A stretch of 64,000 bases of DNA from positions 32,860,001-32,924,000 of the forward strand of contig NC_135902.1 of NCBI RefSeq assembly GCF_964194155.1, in the 5' to 3' direction. Below, one piece after another: positions 38,565-52,094 of the stretch; position 1 is the first letter of the stretch, and each line of letters begins with the position of its first letter. The position numbers were made by a program, and so were the translations under genes. Source of the DNA: Cetorhinus maximus (Eukaryota). Below the pieces are notes generated by a model. It made no database searches. It was not told the origin of the DNA and saw only the letters and a program-made list of their open reading frames with translations.

Positions 38565-38713
38565 CTAGAACAGCAACACCATGTTTATGCGCAGCATTTG
38601 TCCAGCAGACTGGTGGGATGGTCACCATGTGATGACTGAAATATACAAAGATGTCTATATATAGCCAGTGGTAAAAGACAAAAGGATTCTCTTCCTGTAC
38701 ACCTTGTATGAAC
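38565..38713 (-). CDS. ENGASE: ENGASE exon 4 (FIQGVQEENPFVFYHWLYIDIFVYFSHHMVTIPPVCWTNAAHKHGVAVLG)
   Basis: Hand translation; GH85 motif IDxFVYFSHH..TIPP..W.NAAH.HGV.VLG; ctccag acceptor, gtaaat donor; 149 nt. Confidence 0.97.
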
Positions 38714-39324
38714 CTGGAGAAACAAAGCAGTAGATTAGCGTTAAATCTCTCAGAATCTCAGAGGAAAGATCAACTAGGCAGGATATCGAACCTCTTCAAA
38801 CCAGTACGTTGCATTGTTTGGTCAGTATGGGGCAACAATGTGCCCCAAATAATATTCTAATGATAACTAGCTATGTTGTGTTAAATTAGGATCAGCTTTC
38901 CTATAAAAGATTTGCATTTATATAGTGCCTTTCACAATCTCAGAATCTCCAAAAGTTAATAAAAGTAACAGAAGTCCAAACATAAGCACACAGTTTAAGG
39001 AAGTATTCAGCACCATCTCTCTTCATTTTCTAACCAAACTGAATACAAAAGATCCCATGATGTCTACTCACTGCTTACCAAGAAAGATTCCAACACTATC
39101 TTACTTTTAATTCCTGTTCACAGTTCAGAGTTGACGAACCCAACTAGTAACCCTGCTAAAGGTTTCTAATTTTAAGGCATGCACTGGGTGAAGTGCAACA
39201 TTGAAAAATTTGGATTGGCAACTAGAATTAAACGGCTACATACAATCACGTCTGGATTTCAAAAATATTTGATGCATGAAGCTCTGATACTGCAAGGCTC
39301 TAATGATGAGGCGGGTCTTCAATA

Positions 39325-40487
39325 TTACTGGCAGAATAAGTAAAAGGGAAACCAGTGGATGTGATGTATTTGGATTTTCAGAAGGCTTTCCACAAAGTCC
39401 CACACAGGAAGTTAGTAAACAATGTCAGAGCACATGGGATAGGGGGTAATATAGTGACATGGATTGAGAATTGGTTAATGGACAGAAAACAGAGAGTAAG
39501 AATAAATGGGTCATTCTCAGGTTGGCAGGCTGTAACTAGTGAGGTACCGCAGGGATCAGTAGTTGGGCTCCAGCTGTTCACAATCTTTATCAATGATTTG
39601 GATACGAGGACTAAATTTAATATTTCCAAGTTTGCGGATGACACAAAACTAGGTGGGAATGTGAGTTGTGAGGAGGATACAAAGAGGCTTCAAGGGGATT
39701 TGGACAGGATTAGTGAGCGGGCAAGAACATGGCAGAAGGAATATAATGCGGATCGGTGCGAGGTTATCCACTTTCGTAGGAGAAATGGAGGTGCAGAGTA
39801 TTTCTTAAACGATGAGAGATTGAGAAGTGTTGATGTCCAAAGGAACCCGGGTGTCCTTGTTCATTAGTCACTGAAAGCTAACATGCAGGTGCAGCAAACA
39901 ATTAGGAAAAAATACGAACATACAAAATAGGAGCAAAACTAGGCCTTTCAGCCCCTTGAGCCTGCTCCACTATTCAGTAAGATCACAACTGATCTGTGTG
40001 TGTTTTGAATTCCACATTCCTATCCACCTCCGATAACCTTTGATTTCCTTGCCTACCAAGAATCTATCTACTACGTCTGTCTTAAAAATATTCAATGACC
40101 TTGCCTGCACCGCCTTCGGCGGCAGAGAGTTCCAAAGTTGCACAACCCTCAGAAAAAAAAATTGCAGAAAGAATATATCACCTGGCTGGGGAGTTCAGAA
40201 CAAGGGGACATAGTCTCAGAATAAAGGGAAAGCCATTTAGAACTAAGCTGGAGGAGGGATTTCTTCACTCAGAGGGCAGTGAATCTTTAGAATTCTCTAC
40301 CCAAGGGCTGTAGAGGTTTAGTTATTGAGTATGTTCAAGACATAAATCAATGGATTTCTAAATACTAATGACATCAAGGGATATGGTGTGGGAAAATGGT
40401 GTTGAGCTAGACGATCAGCCATGGTCTAGTTGAATGATGGAGCAGGCTTGAGGGACTCAGTGGCCTCCTCCTGCTCTTATGTTTCTA
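39325..40487 (+). mobile_element. CR1 RT and 3' end with an opposite-strand CR1 tail nested at about 39912-40160
   Basis: ORF 39355-39867 YLDFQKAF, VPQGSV, KFADDTKL; CR1 3' UTR at 40410-40487. Confidence 0.9.
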
Positions 40488-41081
40488 TATGGGTAACCAT
40501 GTTTTGGGGATTTCAAGTGCTTGCCAAAATTGCAGGTCAAAGCAAGAAGAAGAGTAAGTCAAAGGGAGATAGTACTTCTTGCAAAGGTGGTTATTTTAAT
40601 GAGGTCCCATGCTATATATACGGGCCAATCTGCAAACCAGAAGCTGAACCAGCAATCATTGGATTGTTAAAACTACTTTTCAGTCTTCAAAATTTTACTG
40701 AAAAATGTGGCTTCTTTCAATGAAAGCAGAGATGCTCCACTGCATTTTGCTCCCTGCGTTATGTTACCTTCATGTGAAAGTCACCATTTTTGTTGATTTC
40801 CCCAATTCTTTACCAACCTCTCCAACAGTATTTTTGTTGCTACACAGCAAAGAGAAGATGGGAATTGAACTCCATGAGTTAAACGAAGACGACAGATTCA
40901 TGGAGGAACAGCATTATAGGTGTAATGACACCTGAAGCATTATGGACAGATCTGTCAATGTCCAAAGTCCTGCACTGACAGATCCCAACACTCATACCTG
41001 GGCATGTCAGATATGATCTCACTTTACCATCTCCTCTTCTCAAAACAGACTGTCTATGAACCTTGTCACCTGCTTCAGACT

Positions 41082-44045
41082 AGAGTCACGGAGGGCTACA
41101 GCACAGAAAAAGGCCCTTCGGCCCATCGAGTCTGCACCGGTCAAACAAGAACCTAACTATTCTAATCCCATTTTCCAGCGCTAGGCCCATTGCCTTGTAT
41201 GCCATGGCATCACAAGTGCACATCCAAATACTTCTTAAATGTTATGAGGGTTTCTGCCTCATGAGTGTTTCAGTCAGTGAGTTCCAGATTCCCACCACCC
41301 TCTGGGTGAAAAAATTCTTCCTCACATCCCCTCTAAACCTCCTGCCCCTTACCTTAAATCTATGCCCCCTGGTTATTGATCCCTCCACCAAGGGGAAAAG
41401 TTCCTTCCTGTCTACCCTGTCTATGCCCCTCATAATTTTATATACCTCAATCATGTCCCCCCTCAATCTCCTCTGCTCCAGGTAAAATAACCCCAGTCTA
41501 TCCAATCTCTCCTCATAACTAAAACTCTCCAGCCCAGGCAACATCCTGGTAAATCTCCTCTGCACTCTCTCTAATGCAATCATATCCTTCCTATAATGCG
41601 GATTCCAGAACTGCACGCAATACTCTAGCTGTGGCCTAACCAGCATTTTATACAGTTCCAGCATATATTATATTACTCTTATATTTTATGCCTCAGCTAA
41701 TAAAGGCAAGAATCCAACCTTAACCTTCTTAACCACCTTATCTACCTGTCCCGCTACCTTAAGAGACCGGTGGACATGCACACCAAGGTCCCTCTGACCC
41801 TCACTACTTCTCAGGGTCCTACCATTCATCATATATTCCCGTGTTTTGTTTGTCCTGCCCAAGTGCATCACCTCACACTTATCCGGATTAAATTCCATTT
41901 GCCAATGACCAGCCCGTCTATATCCTCCTGTAATCTAAGGCTATCCTCCTCACTATTTACCCACCCCACTAATTTTCATGTCATCCACAAACTTATTGAT
42001 CAACCCTCCTACATAAGTCTAAATCGTTCATATATATCACAAACAGCAAGGGACCCAAAACCGCTCCCTGTGGAACCCCACTGGACACAGGCATCCCAGT
42101 CACAAAAACACCCCTCACCAATCACTCTCTGCTTCCTGCCACTCAGCCAATTCTGGATCCAATTTGCCAAATTGCCTTGGATCCCATGGACTCTTACCTT
42201 CGTTATCAGTCTCCCATGCGGGACTTTATCAAAAGCCTTGCTGAAGTCCAAGTAGACTACGTCAAATGTATTGCCCTCATCTACACACCCGCTCACTTCT
42301 TGGAAAAATTCAATCAAGTTGGTCAGGCATACCTCCCCTTAACAAAACCATGCTGACTGTCCTTGATTAATCCCTGCCTCTTCATGTGTAGATTAATTCT
42401 GTCCCTCAGAATTGCTTCCAATAGTTTCCCCACCACGAAGGTTAGACTGACTGGCCTGTAGTTCCCTAGTTTATCCCTTCCTCCCTTCTTGAATAACAGT
42501 ATCACATTGGCTGTCCTCCAGCCCTCTGGCACCTCTGTTGTGGCCAGAGAGGTATTGAAAATTATTGCCAGCGCCCCTGCTATCTCCTCCCTTGCCTCAC
42601 TCAACAGCCTGGGATACATTTCATCCAGGCCTGGAGATTTATCTGCTTTTAAGCCTGCCAGACCACTTAGAACCTCCTCCCTTTCTATGCTAATTTCTTT
42701 AATTACATCACCGTCCTTCTGCCTGATTTCCATACCCACATCGTCCTTCTCACTTGTGAACACCAACACAAAGTATTCATTTAGAACCCTACCTATGTCT
42801 TCCGGCTCCAAACACTAATTACCACTATGGTCCTTAACGGGCCCTACTCTTTCCCTACTTATCCTCTTAATGCTTGTAAAATAACTTTGGATTTTCCTTT
42901 ATTTTACCTGCCAATGTTTTTTCATGTCCCCTTTTTGCTTTCCTAATTTCCTTTTTAAGTTCCCCCTACACATTCTACACTCCTCTAGGGCTTCTGCTAT
43001 TTTGAGCCCTCGGTATCTGCCATAAGCCTCCCTTTTTCTCTCTACCCAATCCTGTATATTTCTCGACACCCAGGGTTCCCTGGATATGTTGGTCCCACCC
43101 TTTGTCTTTACTGGAATATGTTGGCCCTGTACTCTCCCTATTTCCTTCTTGAATGAGTCACACAGCTCTGACTCAGATTTACCTAAAAGTAACTGCTCTC
43201 AGTCCACTCTGGCTAAATCATATCTGATCTTATTAAAATCGACCTTCCCCCCCCAATTTAGAACTCTGATTTCTGGCCCATCCTTGTCCTTTTCCATAAC
43301 AACCTTGAATCTAACGGAGTTATGATCGCTATCTGCAAAATGCTCCCCCATTGATACCTCTACCACTTGCCCGGCTTCATTCCCTAAAATTAAGTCCAGG
43401 ACCACCCTGCTCTTGTAGGACCTCCTATGTACTGGCTTAAAAAGCTCTCTTTAGGAATTTAAGAATTCTGCTCCATATAAACCTATCACACTATGACTAA
43501 CCCAGTTAATGTTGGGGAAGTTGAAATCCCCCACTATTACTACCCTATTATTTTTACACTTTTCTGAAATTTACCTACATATCTGGTCTATTTCACTGAC
43601 TGTTTGGGGGCCTATAGTACACTCCGAGCAATGTGATTGCTCCTATTTTGTTTTTCAGTTCTACCCATATGGCTTCATTTGAGGAGCCAAGATGTCATCC
43701 CTCTTTACTGCTGTAATTGATTCCTTGATCAATATTGCAATATCCCCTCTTCTTTTACCTCCTTCCCTGTCTCGCCTAAAGATGCTATATCCTGGAATAT
43801 TGAGCTGCCAATCCTGCCCCTCTCTCAACCATGTCTCATACTTCCATGTGTTAATTTGTGCCCTCAACTCATCTGCCTTATTCGTCAGACTCCTTGCATT
43901 AAAATAAATACCATCCAACCTTGCCAAACTCCCTTGTGCCTTAACAGGCCCATAATTTCTATGCCTTCCAGGCTCACTTGCTCTCTCTTCTAATTCTGGT
44001 TGTGCATCTCCCCTGCTGAACCTCCTCTCAGGATCCCATCCCATC
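41082..44045 (-). mobile_element. CR1 LINE, near complete ORF2 (APE + RT) plus 3' UTR, frameshifted
   Basis: YFNARSL..KADEL, ETWL, LDLILGNE, SDHN, NYRPVSLT, LDFSKAFDKVPH, RPQLEYCVQFW in successive ORFs. Confidence 0.95.
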
Positions 44046-44892
44046 CTCCTCTTAAGAAATCCACCCCCACCAGAAACCAACGAGACATCCACTTTCGTGG
44101 TAAAATTTCCATGCTACCCATTAGCATATTTCCATGTCCACAACTGACAGCATTGAAGAACAAAATGAATTTAAAGTCGTCTACTTATAGACCTGGCCAC
44201 TTCTGCTGTCAGAGCTTATGGCAAATGGTTGACTTGCTGCAATGCACCCAGCTACAGAAGTTCAAAAATATTTAGACAGGGCTTTGTACGATTTGAAACC
44301 TAACAAATCACCAATCCCCCCCACTGTGCAATTCTTTCATCTAATGAGATGGCAGAACTGTAAACATAGACTCCATTACATCTCAATGCTTGGCACATTT
44401 TAAAGCATCAGGTAGGAGCACCTGCAGCACAGGTGATCTCACTGGCTTTATCAGCAGTGCCATTCCACCTCAATAACATCACTCATTCATGGCACATAAA
44501 GGATCAACAAATTTCATCATATTTCACAATGCTATGGTGAGCACTATATGTCTTAATTCAATGTACCAATCAAAATATGAATATAAATACATATAACTAA
44601 CATTGTATATTTGCAATTACATAAAAGGAAATGTCGTGCATTGTGCTTTAAATAACTATATAAAAATTAATGTTAAAGCATTAATGATTAGATCAACACC
44701 ATCATATCAAAGTTCCCAAGACTACCAACTTGGGTCAAAGGGCAGAAGGTCCTTGCCAAGTTTCACATGATAAATGATGGAAATGTGAATTGCTCGTGTC
44801 TTTTTTCTTCCCCATTGAAACTCACATCATCACATTTTAAGTAATACTGTCAGGATATCGATCAATCATCATGTTATCCTGAGAAAACACAC

Positions 44893-45097
44893 CTGTCATT
44901 CAGGTAGCCGCCAGCCATATCATGACAGACCAGTGTCCTTGGCCGATTACACTGCAGAGGCGGCTGTCGTGGAGCCAAGGGGATAGCAGCTTTGTTGAAA
45001 TGCTCATCTTGATTAGAAGGCTGCCATGATTTCAGTTCTGCGAGTGATGGGATGTAAAAGCTGACTGGTACACTTGTGTCAGGGTCATAGCATCGGC
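44893..45097 (-). CDS. ENGASE: ENGASE exon 3 (GRCYDPDTSVPVSFY...RPRTLVCHDMAGGYLNDR)
   Basis: GH85 N-terminal motif LVCHDMxGGY; AG/GT boundaries; 205 nt in phase. Confidence 0.96.
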
Positions 45098-45619
45098 CTG
45101 CATTTAACAAAGGACCAAAAACAATAAACAGACTTATCTCCCATTTACACATGACACTCAACCTTCGCAAACACAATAATGATTTCTCAAAATTTACAAC
45201 AAAACATCAAGGTTTGGATGAGGCAGCTGGATGGCATGCTGTCCTTGAATCAGGGTTCAGACCTAAACTAGACAAGCTGATAGTCTGCTCTCTCAATTGG
45301 ATGTAATGTCACTTTATGAAGAGTTGAGCAGTTTCAACTTTAAAACAAATGTACGCACACACCAACCTTCCATAATGTTTGACTACAGATAAAAAATTCT
45401 GAAATAATAATAATTCAAATGTGAGAAGTTCAGCAATCCACAATACAGGAAGACTTATTCGCATCACTGTGCTACTTAAATTCCTTCTAATCATTCCAGT
45501 CTCTGGCCTTCTGTTCAGAGAATGCCGCCCTCAATTACATGGGCCATAGGGGCTATTCTAACGTTTACATTCAAGCAAAATTTATAAGCAAACAAATATT
45601 TTACATGGTCAACCACGCC

Positions 45620-46320
45620 ATAATGCCTTTCTCCCACTGTCCTTCTCAGTGGGACTGACCTTGTTTGGTTCCAATCTTACGTATCCAATAACAGGCAGAT
45701 CACCTGCAGTGCGCCTTCTCTTCCCACCGCTGCATTATCATCTCCCAATTTCCCCAAAGATCGTTCCTTGGCACCCTGCTCTTCCTCATCCTAATCTACA
45801 TTGGCGACAAGATCCACAGATATGGAGTCAGCTTCCCCAAGTATGCTGTTGACCCAGCTGACCACTGCCCTCAGCCCCTCCACTGTCTCTGTATTGCCAG
45901 ATATCCAGTCCTAGATGAGCTGCAATTTCTTCCAGTTAAACACTGGGAAGGCCAAAGCAATCATCTTTAGCCCCACTATAAATTTCACATCCTTGCTACA
46001 AATACCATCCACCTCCCAGCCACTGTCTCAAGCTGAATTAGGCTGTTTGAAACCTGGGAGTCCTATTCAACCCTGAGCTGAGCTCTGATCCCTTACTCTC
46101 TCAATTACAAAGTCTCGACATTACGTCAGCCACTTTCACTCCAACTGAATCCATCTACCACTTTGTCTTCCTTCATGAGTCATCGCAATTATTCCAGGAA
46201 TCTCCTGGCCAGCTTCCCAGCTTCCACGAACTTCAGCTCATGCAAAACTCCGCTGTCCATATCCTGTCCTGCACCAAACCCTGGTCAACCGTCACCCTTG
46301 TTGTTGCTGACTTACCCAGA
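45620..46320 (+). mobile_element. L2 RT remnant
   Basis: ccccaaagatcgttccttggc (PQ.S.LG), tatgctgttgac (YA.D), aacctgggagtcctattc (NLGV.F). Confidence 0.7.
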
Positions 46321-46724
46321 GCCAGTGCAAGGTACTGTTGAACTAGGTGAACCTTCAGCCTTGAGCTCCCCCAACCACCCCTTCTACAATTAACTTTCAA
46401 AAATGAACATTCTGCATCAGAATGAATAAAAATTGTGCATTTATAATTAGATTTATTTTACTCTAAAAAAGGAGAATATGATGATACTGATTGTACATTC
46501 TCATTGTTCTACACTTTTCACAATATATGTACCATAGAAATGCACATAATATAATGTGGCTCACATGATGTAATATTGTGTTCCTGAAACAGTTACTAGA
46601 TGATTTTATGTGCAAATGTGCAATTTACACAATCAATAATCATTACAATAGATGGGCTAGATTAAATAATGTGGTATTATTTACTGGTTCGCACTTTTAG
46701 AATAACCATCTAAATGTAAAGATT

Positions 46725-47265
46725 TGGCAAGGGAGGGGGTCAGTCAGGAGGCATTGGAGAAACTCCTTGCAGTACTGGGGGGAGTCCCTTGCGGGGCAGA
46801 GGGGGGGGTGGTGTTCCATGGAGGGGGTCAGAGGGGGTGGTAGTTGGGGGGGTGGGGAGTACTGTGGGGATCAGTGAAGTCCCATGTGGATTGGGGGGGG
46901 TTAGGGGGAGTCCCATGGGGGGTGGGGATGGGGGTTGGGGGCTGGCAGGAGGAGTGGGGGAAGTCACGATAGGGGTCAGGGTGGGTCAGTACAATAGTTA
47001 CCCAGAAGCTAGAAGTGGTCGCAATTCTTCTAACTTTTTCTGGGTAACTATTGCTGTAACCCAGTCGGAACCTTCTGAAGTCTCTGATTTAATTCGCATT
47101 TTCGGATAGTTCCCAGTGCAGGACAATTGCCCAAAGGAAGTTTAAGCTTCCTAAGCAATTGCCGTGTAATTCTTACCTGGGAACGTCCAGTAGGGGTTAA
47201 GTGCATCTTTGGGAGACCCCCCGACCCCAGATATACTGCCTTGGAACTCAGAAGTTATGGCCAAA
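46725..47265. repeat. G-rich low-complexity segment, probably part of a non-autonomous DNA element
   Basis: Dense G-runs 46730-46985 followed by GC-rich sequence ending gaagttatggcc. Confidence 0.45.
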
Positions 47266-47949
47266 TGTGAAATTTTGGGAAAGACTTTAATGTAAATACA
47301 TGGAAATTGACATATATGTTAATATACGTGGATGTATGTCAGGAGATCTAGACCTTTTCTTTCCACTACTGAAGCCTGTTGGTGGACTTATGTAGTTTCG
47401 TGAATAGTTCATTCAGTGTTTGCCACCCCACAAGTCTTGTCCCTCTCGGGGACCGCCTAGTTTGTCTGATAGTTGCACCAGTCCTGGACTTGCATTGCCT
47501 TCTCATCCCCCAGTGTTTCCTAGCTTTCTATCCTCATGTTTAAATCATTTCATGACTTCTCCTCTCTCCGTCATGTAATCTTCTCCAGCTCTACAAACCT
47601 CATCACCAAGCTCCCCAATCCTCAAGATCTGTGCTTTTGTGCCTTCATCCCTTAAGCTTCAAGCACTGGAATTCCCCGCCTACACCCCTCTACCTCTCCA
47701 CTTCCCTCTGCTCCTCAAAGTTCTTCCTTAGGACCCACCTCTTTGAACAAGCTTTTAGTCACCTTGGTATCTACTTCTTATGCTCAATGTACATTTATTT
47801 CTGATTAAACCTCCATGAAGTTGCTTGGGTAAATTTTCTACGTTAAAGGCAGTGTGTGTGTATTATATTGAAATATATAGTCGAATTAGTCGTTATAATG
47901 TCCTTGCTTACAAAATATTAGATTAGAAAGAACATCACGCTCCTTGGAA

Positions 47950-49200
47950 TATAAACAGAAAATGCTGCAAATATTCAGTAGGTCATAAGAACGTAAGAAA
48001 TTAGAGCAGGAGTAGGCCACACAGCACCTCGAGCCTGCTCCGCCATTCAATGGCTGATTTGATTTTGGTCTCAACTCCACTTTCCTGCCTGTTCCCCATA
48101 ACGCCTGACTCCCCTATATTTCAAAAAGCTGACTATGTTTAAGGCTGAGAGAAACAGTGACTCGGCCTCCACAGTTCCCTGGGGTAGAGAATTTGAAAGA
48201 TTCACAACCCGCTCTGGGAGAAGAAATTCCACCTCACAAACAGAAGACCCCTTATTTTGAAACCGTGCCCCCTAGTTCTAGATTCACCACGAGGGGAGGC
48301 ATCCACCCTACCAAGCCCCCTCATAATTGAACACATCTCAGATAAGATCAAAGTCAGGCCGTATCAGTGGAGAGTGAAAAAGCGTCACCATTTCAAGTTG
48401 ATGACCCTTCAGCAGAAAAAGATTTAGATATTTAACAGGTTTTAAGCGGGGAAAGGGATGTCTGTGATTGGGTAGAGGGCAGGAGTGATTCATTGACAGG
48501 AAGGGGTGAGGCTGCAAGGCAAGAAGGGTGATCACTGGATACATAAAGCAACAAAAGATGGGTCTTGAAGAGCTGCAAATAGCCACAGCTGGATCTTAAC
48601 CAGTGCCTGCTCTCTTAATAAGAGAGACCTATTTTTATGATCTGAAATTGTTGAACTCTATGTTGAGTCCAGAAGGTTGTAAAAGACTTAACTGTAAAAT
48701 GAGGTGCTGTTCCTCAAGCATGTACCAAGATTCACTGGAACAAGAGAGGAGGCAGAGGACAGAGATCAGAGTGGGATAGAAAATTAAAATGGCAAGCGGC
48801 CAGAAGCTTAGGTCATGCATGCAGTCCTGGAGATGTTCAAGAAGGCAATCACCCAACCTATGCAAGTGGTCTCTCTTTCCCCACCTCCCACCATCCACCC
48901 CACTCCCAAGTGGAGGAGAATACAGTTTCTAGATGGAAATAAATTTAGAGTATTTAGGGCTTTGGAGAAGGAGGAGGTAATAGGGCATGTGTTGCATCTC
49001 CTGTACTTGCACAGGAATGTGTCTTTGGGGATGATTCACGAGTGGATCTGGGTGTCATGGAGGGAACGATCCCTTCAGAATTCTGAAAGGCAAGAAGATA
49101 TTTCTGGTTTTAGCCAACACGGGAAGTAATGGGAACGGCAGAGGATGGCCGGTTAAACATGGAGGCTGGTGGGGCGGAACATCAGCACAAGGGGAATCCT
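47950..49200 (-). mobile_element. Decayed Penelope-like element with a CR1 3' end nested at about 47985-48350
   Basis: LEEQHLILQL..LQPSGLNIEFNNFRS GIY-YIG C-terminus; terminal repeat split by the CR1 tail. Confidence 0.8.
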
Positions 49201-49528
49201 ATTGTGGTACTGGAAAGACGAGTTCTATTTCTCACCACCCACCCCATCTCCCCTCCCCACCCCAGAGAACATTCAATTATGCACATTTATCACCCATGCA
49301 GTCAGGTTTTGGCCTACACATATTCATCGTATCATAACTGAAAATGTGCCCTCAGAAGGTTCCCAGCTTAAAAGAGTCTCATTTCTTTCAAGTGAAAATG
49401 AGCAATTAGCTGAAATGAGCATTTATCCATCAGGTATTTGGTAACCGGACAAAACATGAACAGGTCAAGAAGGAATATGTAATAATCGAGTACTTAAAAA
49501 AAAGAATGTCAGGATGCCATTCACTACC

Positions 49529-49749
49529 TTGATAAAAACAAAAAACTACTGCGGATGCTGGAAATCCAAAACAAAAACAGAATTACCTGGAAAAACTCAG
49601 CAGGTCTGGCAGCATCGGCGGAGAAGAAAAGAGTTGACGTTTCGAGTCCTCATGACCCTTCAGCATGAGGACTCGAAACGTCAACTCTTTTCTTCTCCGC
49701 CGATGCTGCCAGACCTGCTGAGTTTTTCCAGGAAATTATGTTTTTGTTT
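49529..49749. mobile_element. Fold-back Penelope-derived insert, copy 3
   Basis: Inverted arms; 14-bp TSD TGCCATTCACTACC at 49515-49528 and 49750-49763. Confidence 0.9.
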
Positions 49750-50586
49750 TGCCATTCACTACCAACATGCACCAATCACAAAATCAAACTCATCAGCTAA
49801 ATTCTTCACACTATCTTCACCTGCCATTTTACTTCTTTACTCGGTATTATGTAGTTAGAAATATCTTTTAGAAAACACATAATTCTAAATAAGGTCACTA
49901 AACTTCCCCAGAAGATTGGTTATTTAATATTGGAATTTCCTGCAAGCAGTCACCTTCATATAGGCTGGTCTTTTTGTTAGACGCCTGGGGCCTGAGTTAG
50001 AAATTTCATTTGGGCCTACAGAAAGGGAAAGTGAGAAAAAGGACCAAAAGAGAGAAAAAAATAAATTAAGTTGTTTCTACTAGAGATCTTATTTTTTTCC
50101 AACAATCATTTAAACACCTCTGTTTCCAGTCCAGTCACACACTGAATAAAACAGATAAAATACTCAAAGCATTAAAGGGTAAGGTACATTGACATGAAGG
50201 ATGTAATGTTCTCACAGAGTCCTGTTAATATAAATTCCAATGAAAAGCCTTCATGTTCTGGGAGCATGTCAAATCAAACAACACATTCTCTACAGCTTGT
50301 ACCCTCAAGTATCTCATTCATGTACATCAGGTAATCGCTTTATATGCTGCACATAAAAGAATTAACGCAATAGATTGGAAAGCAGCAGAAGTTCCTTCAT
50401 TCCAACCAGCGCTCTAAAGTAAGATGCACCGTATCTCCATTGGTTCTGGATGATAAAAACACGACAAATACAAAACTCTGGAATATATTTCAGTACTAAC
50501 ATTTGATGCATGCATAATTACTGGGGTTTTCCACTTGCATCCTCACCAAGTCTAGCATTGAGTTTGCTGAAGTTAGAGATACTCAC

Positions 50587-50663
50587 CAGGGAGTTGAGGT
50601 GCATCATACTGGATCATGTGATCAACTTGACGCTCCACTAAGCAGCCTTGAGCAAGATCGAGG
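50587..50663 (-). CDS. ENGASE: ENGASE exon 2 (DLDLAQGCLVERQVDHMIQYDAPQLP)
   Basis: ttttacag acceptor, GTGAGT donor, 77 nt, phases 2 to 1 match both neighbours; end resembles the human segment VVSFSPDPLP (recalled). Confidence 0.8.
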
Positions 50664-51977
50664 CTGTAAAATAGGCATTCATGCATGACGAGATTTAACC
50701 ATATAATCCCAAACAATATACTGAAAACAGCAGAGAATCAAATGTGGCATTTGAATAAAAAGTAAATTACTAGCTGGCATAATTAACCCATGTTACATTA
50801 CTGAATGCATTTGTGGAGGCAAGAAAGTTATTATGAAACCACCTCCCTGAGGTAGTTCAAATTATAAGAGCAAAGTTTGAGCGAAGTGTTTCTTGAACCC
50901 AAGAGCAGATTTTTTTCCCTCACTTATCACCCCTTTTTAAAATTATGTCAATGACATGATATCAAACAATAATTTATAAGATAAGCAATAAACATGCAGA
51001 ATTAATTAGTCGTGCAAAACTGCAGTACATCTGTATCTGTGCTACAATAACATGTACACTAACATATAACAAGGTATTTTGTTAATGCAAGGTGACAAGG
51101 AAGGTTCGAGGTTCAATTTCTATTCTACACTTCATTAAATGACCTTAGGTTGGTTTTAGGGGGGACTACGATTACTCGGGAAGGAAATAAATATATCGAC
51201 TCCCCACTGCAGAGTTTATGTATGTTGATGTCAAGCAAAGGCAAGGCCGGGCTTGGTCATGTTGCTTACACTCTTGCTGTCTAGGTTCACAAATGAAGAG
51301 TGGTCATTTGGATAAGACACCAGAGGGCAGCCTTTCCCATGGAACTTTACACTTGCATTTCCTATTAGAAGGGGATAGCAAGGTTTTATACACTGAAAAG
51401 TGCAGTCTAGGCTGACAGTGCGATAAAAGTGTGATTAAAAGCGATTAATTGCTGGTTTCCACGGTGCATATGGAGTTTCGAACGGAAACAGTCTGTGGTA
51501 ATTATATAAGACAAGGCTATGAGGCATGCAAAGTAAATCTTGACTACTCGCTACCTGGAATTTCTATTATTGCTGACTTTCCTGTGACTAAACTGCTGGT
51601 GATGATGAGTTGCAGGTAATGCAAGTTTTAGAATAATCGAACCATTATAACCGTGTAATGCAAAATGCATCATCCAGCTCTAGATGACTAACTATCCTGT
51701 CTCGGGTCTGCGCTTCCTGGTGTCGCAATTTTTGGTTGCGTTTTTCTGTTAACAATTGTGAATTACTGCAACAACATTTCAACAAGTTTAATCGTGACGG
51801 GGAGTGTGACAACAGGCATGGGAAAGTGGGACGAGAAATAAATGTTAACTTGAGAGGAAATGCTGACAAAAGGCAAGACTTTTGAACCTGGCAGAGCCTC
51901 AATCCACAGCTGGGCTGCTCACATCTGCTGGGCATTGCCTGCAACATCTGGGCGTTTGCCCAAGTCTGTTTACTCAC

Positions 51978-52069
51978 TCCTTCCCGTTGTCACCTAGCAA
52001 TGTGTTGCTCTCTACCGCTCTCTTAGTCCTACGCTCAGGCTGAGACCTCTTCCTCTTCCTTTGCTCCAT
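51978..52069 (-). CDS. ENGASE: ENGASE coding exon 1 (MEQRKRKRSQPERRTKRAVESNTLLGDNGK)
   Basis: ATG in aagATGG context, GTGAGT donor at 51977-51972, 92 nt (phase 2) joins in frame to exon 2; basic low-complexity N-terminus as in vertebrate ENGase, but not sequence-conserved. Confidence 0.7.
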
Positions 52070-52094
52070 CTTCTGCAACACTCTGTGTTGCCAT
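52035..52094 (-). promoter_or_regulatory. 19-aa upstream ORF overlapping the ENGASE start out of frame
   Basis: gaaATGG at 52094, reads MATQSVAEDGAKEEEEVSA-stop, stop lies downstream of the main ATG at 52069. Confidence 0.5.

Noticed and set aside
51645-51977. 110-aa minus-strand ORF at the ENGASE 5' end
   Set aside because: Starts at the GTG of the exon 1 donor and runs through intron 1; no recognisable protein
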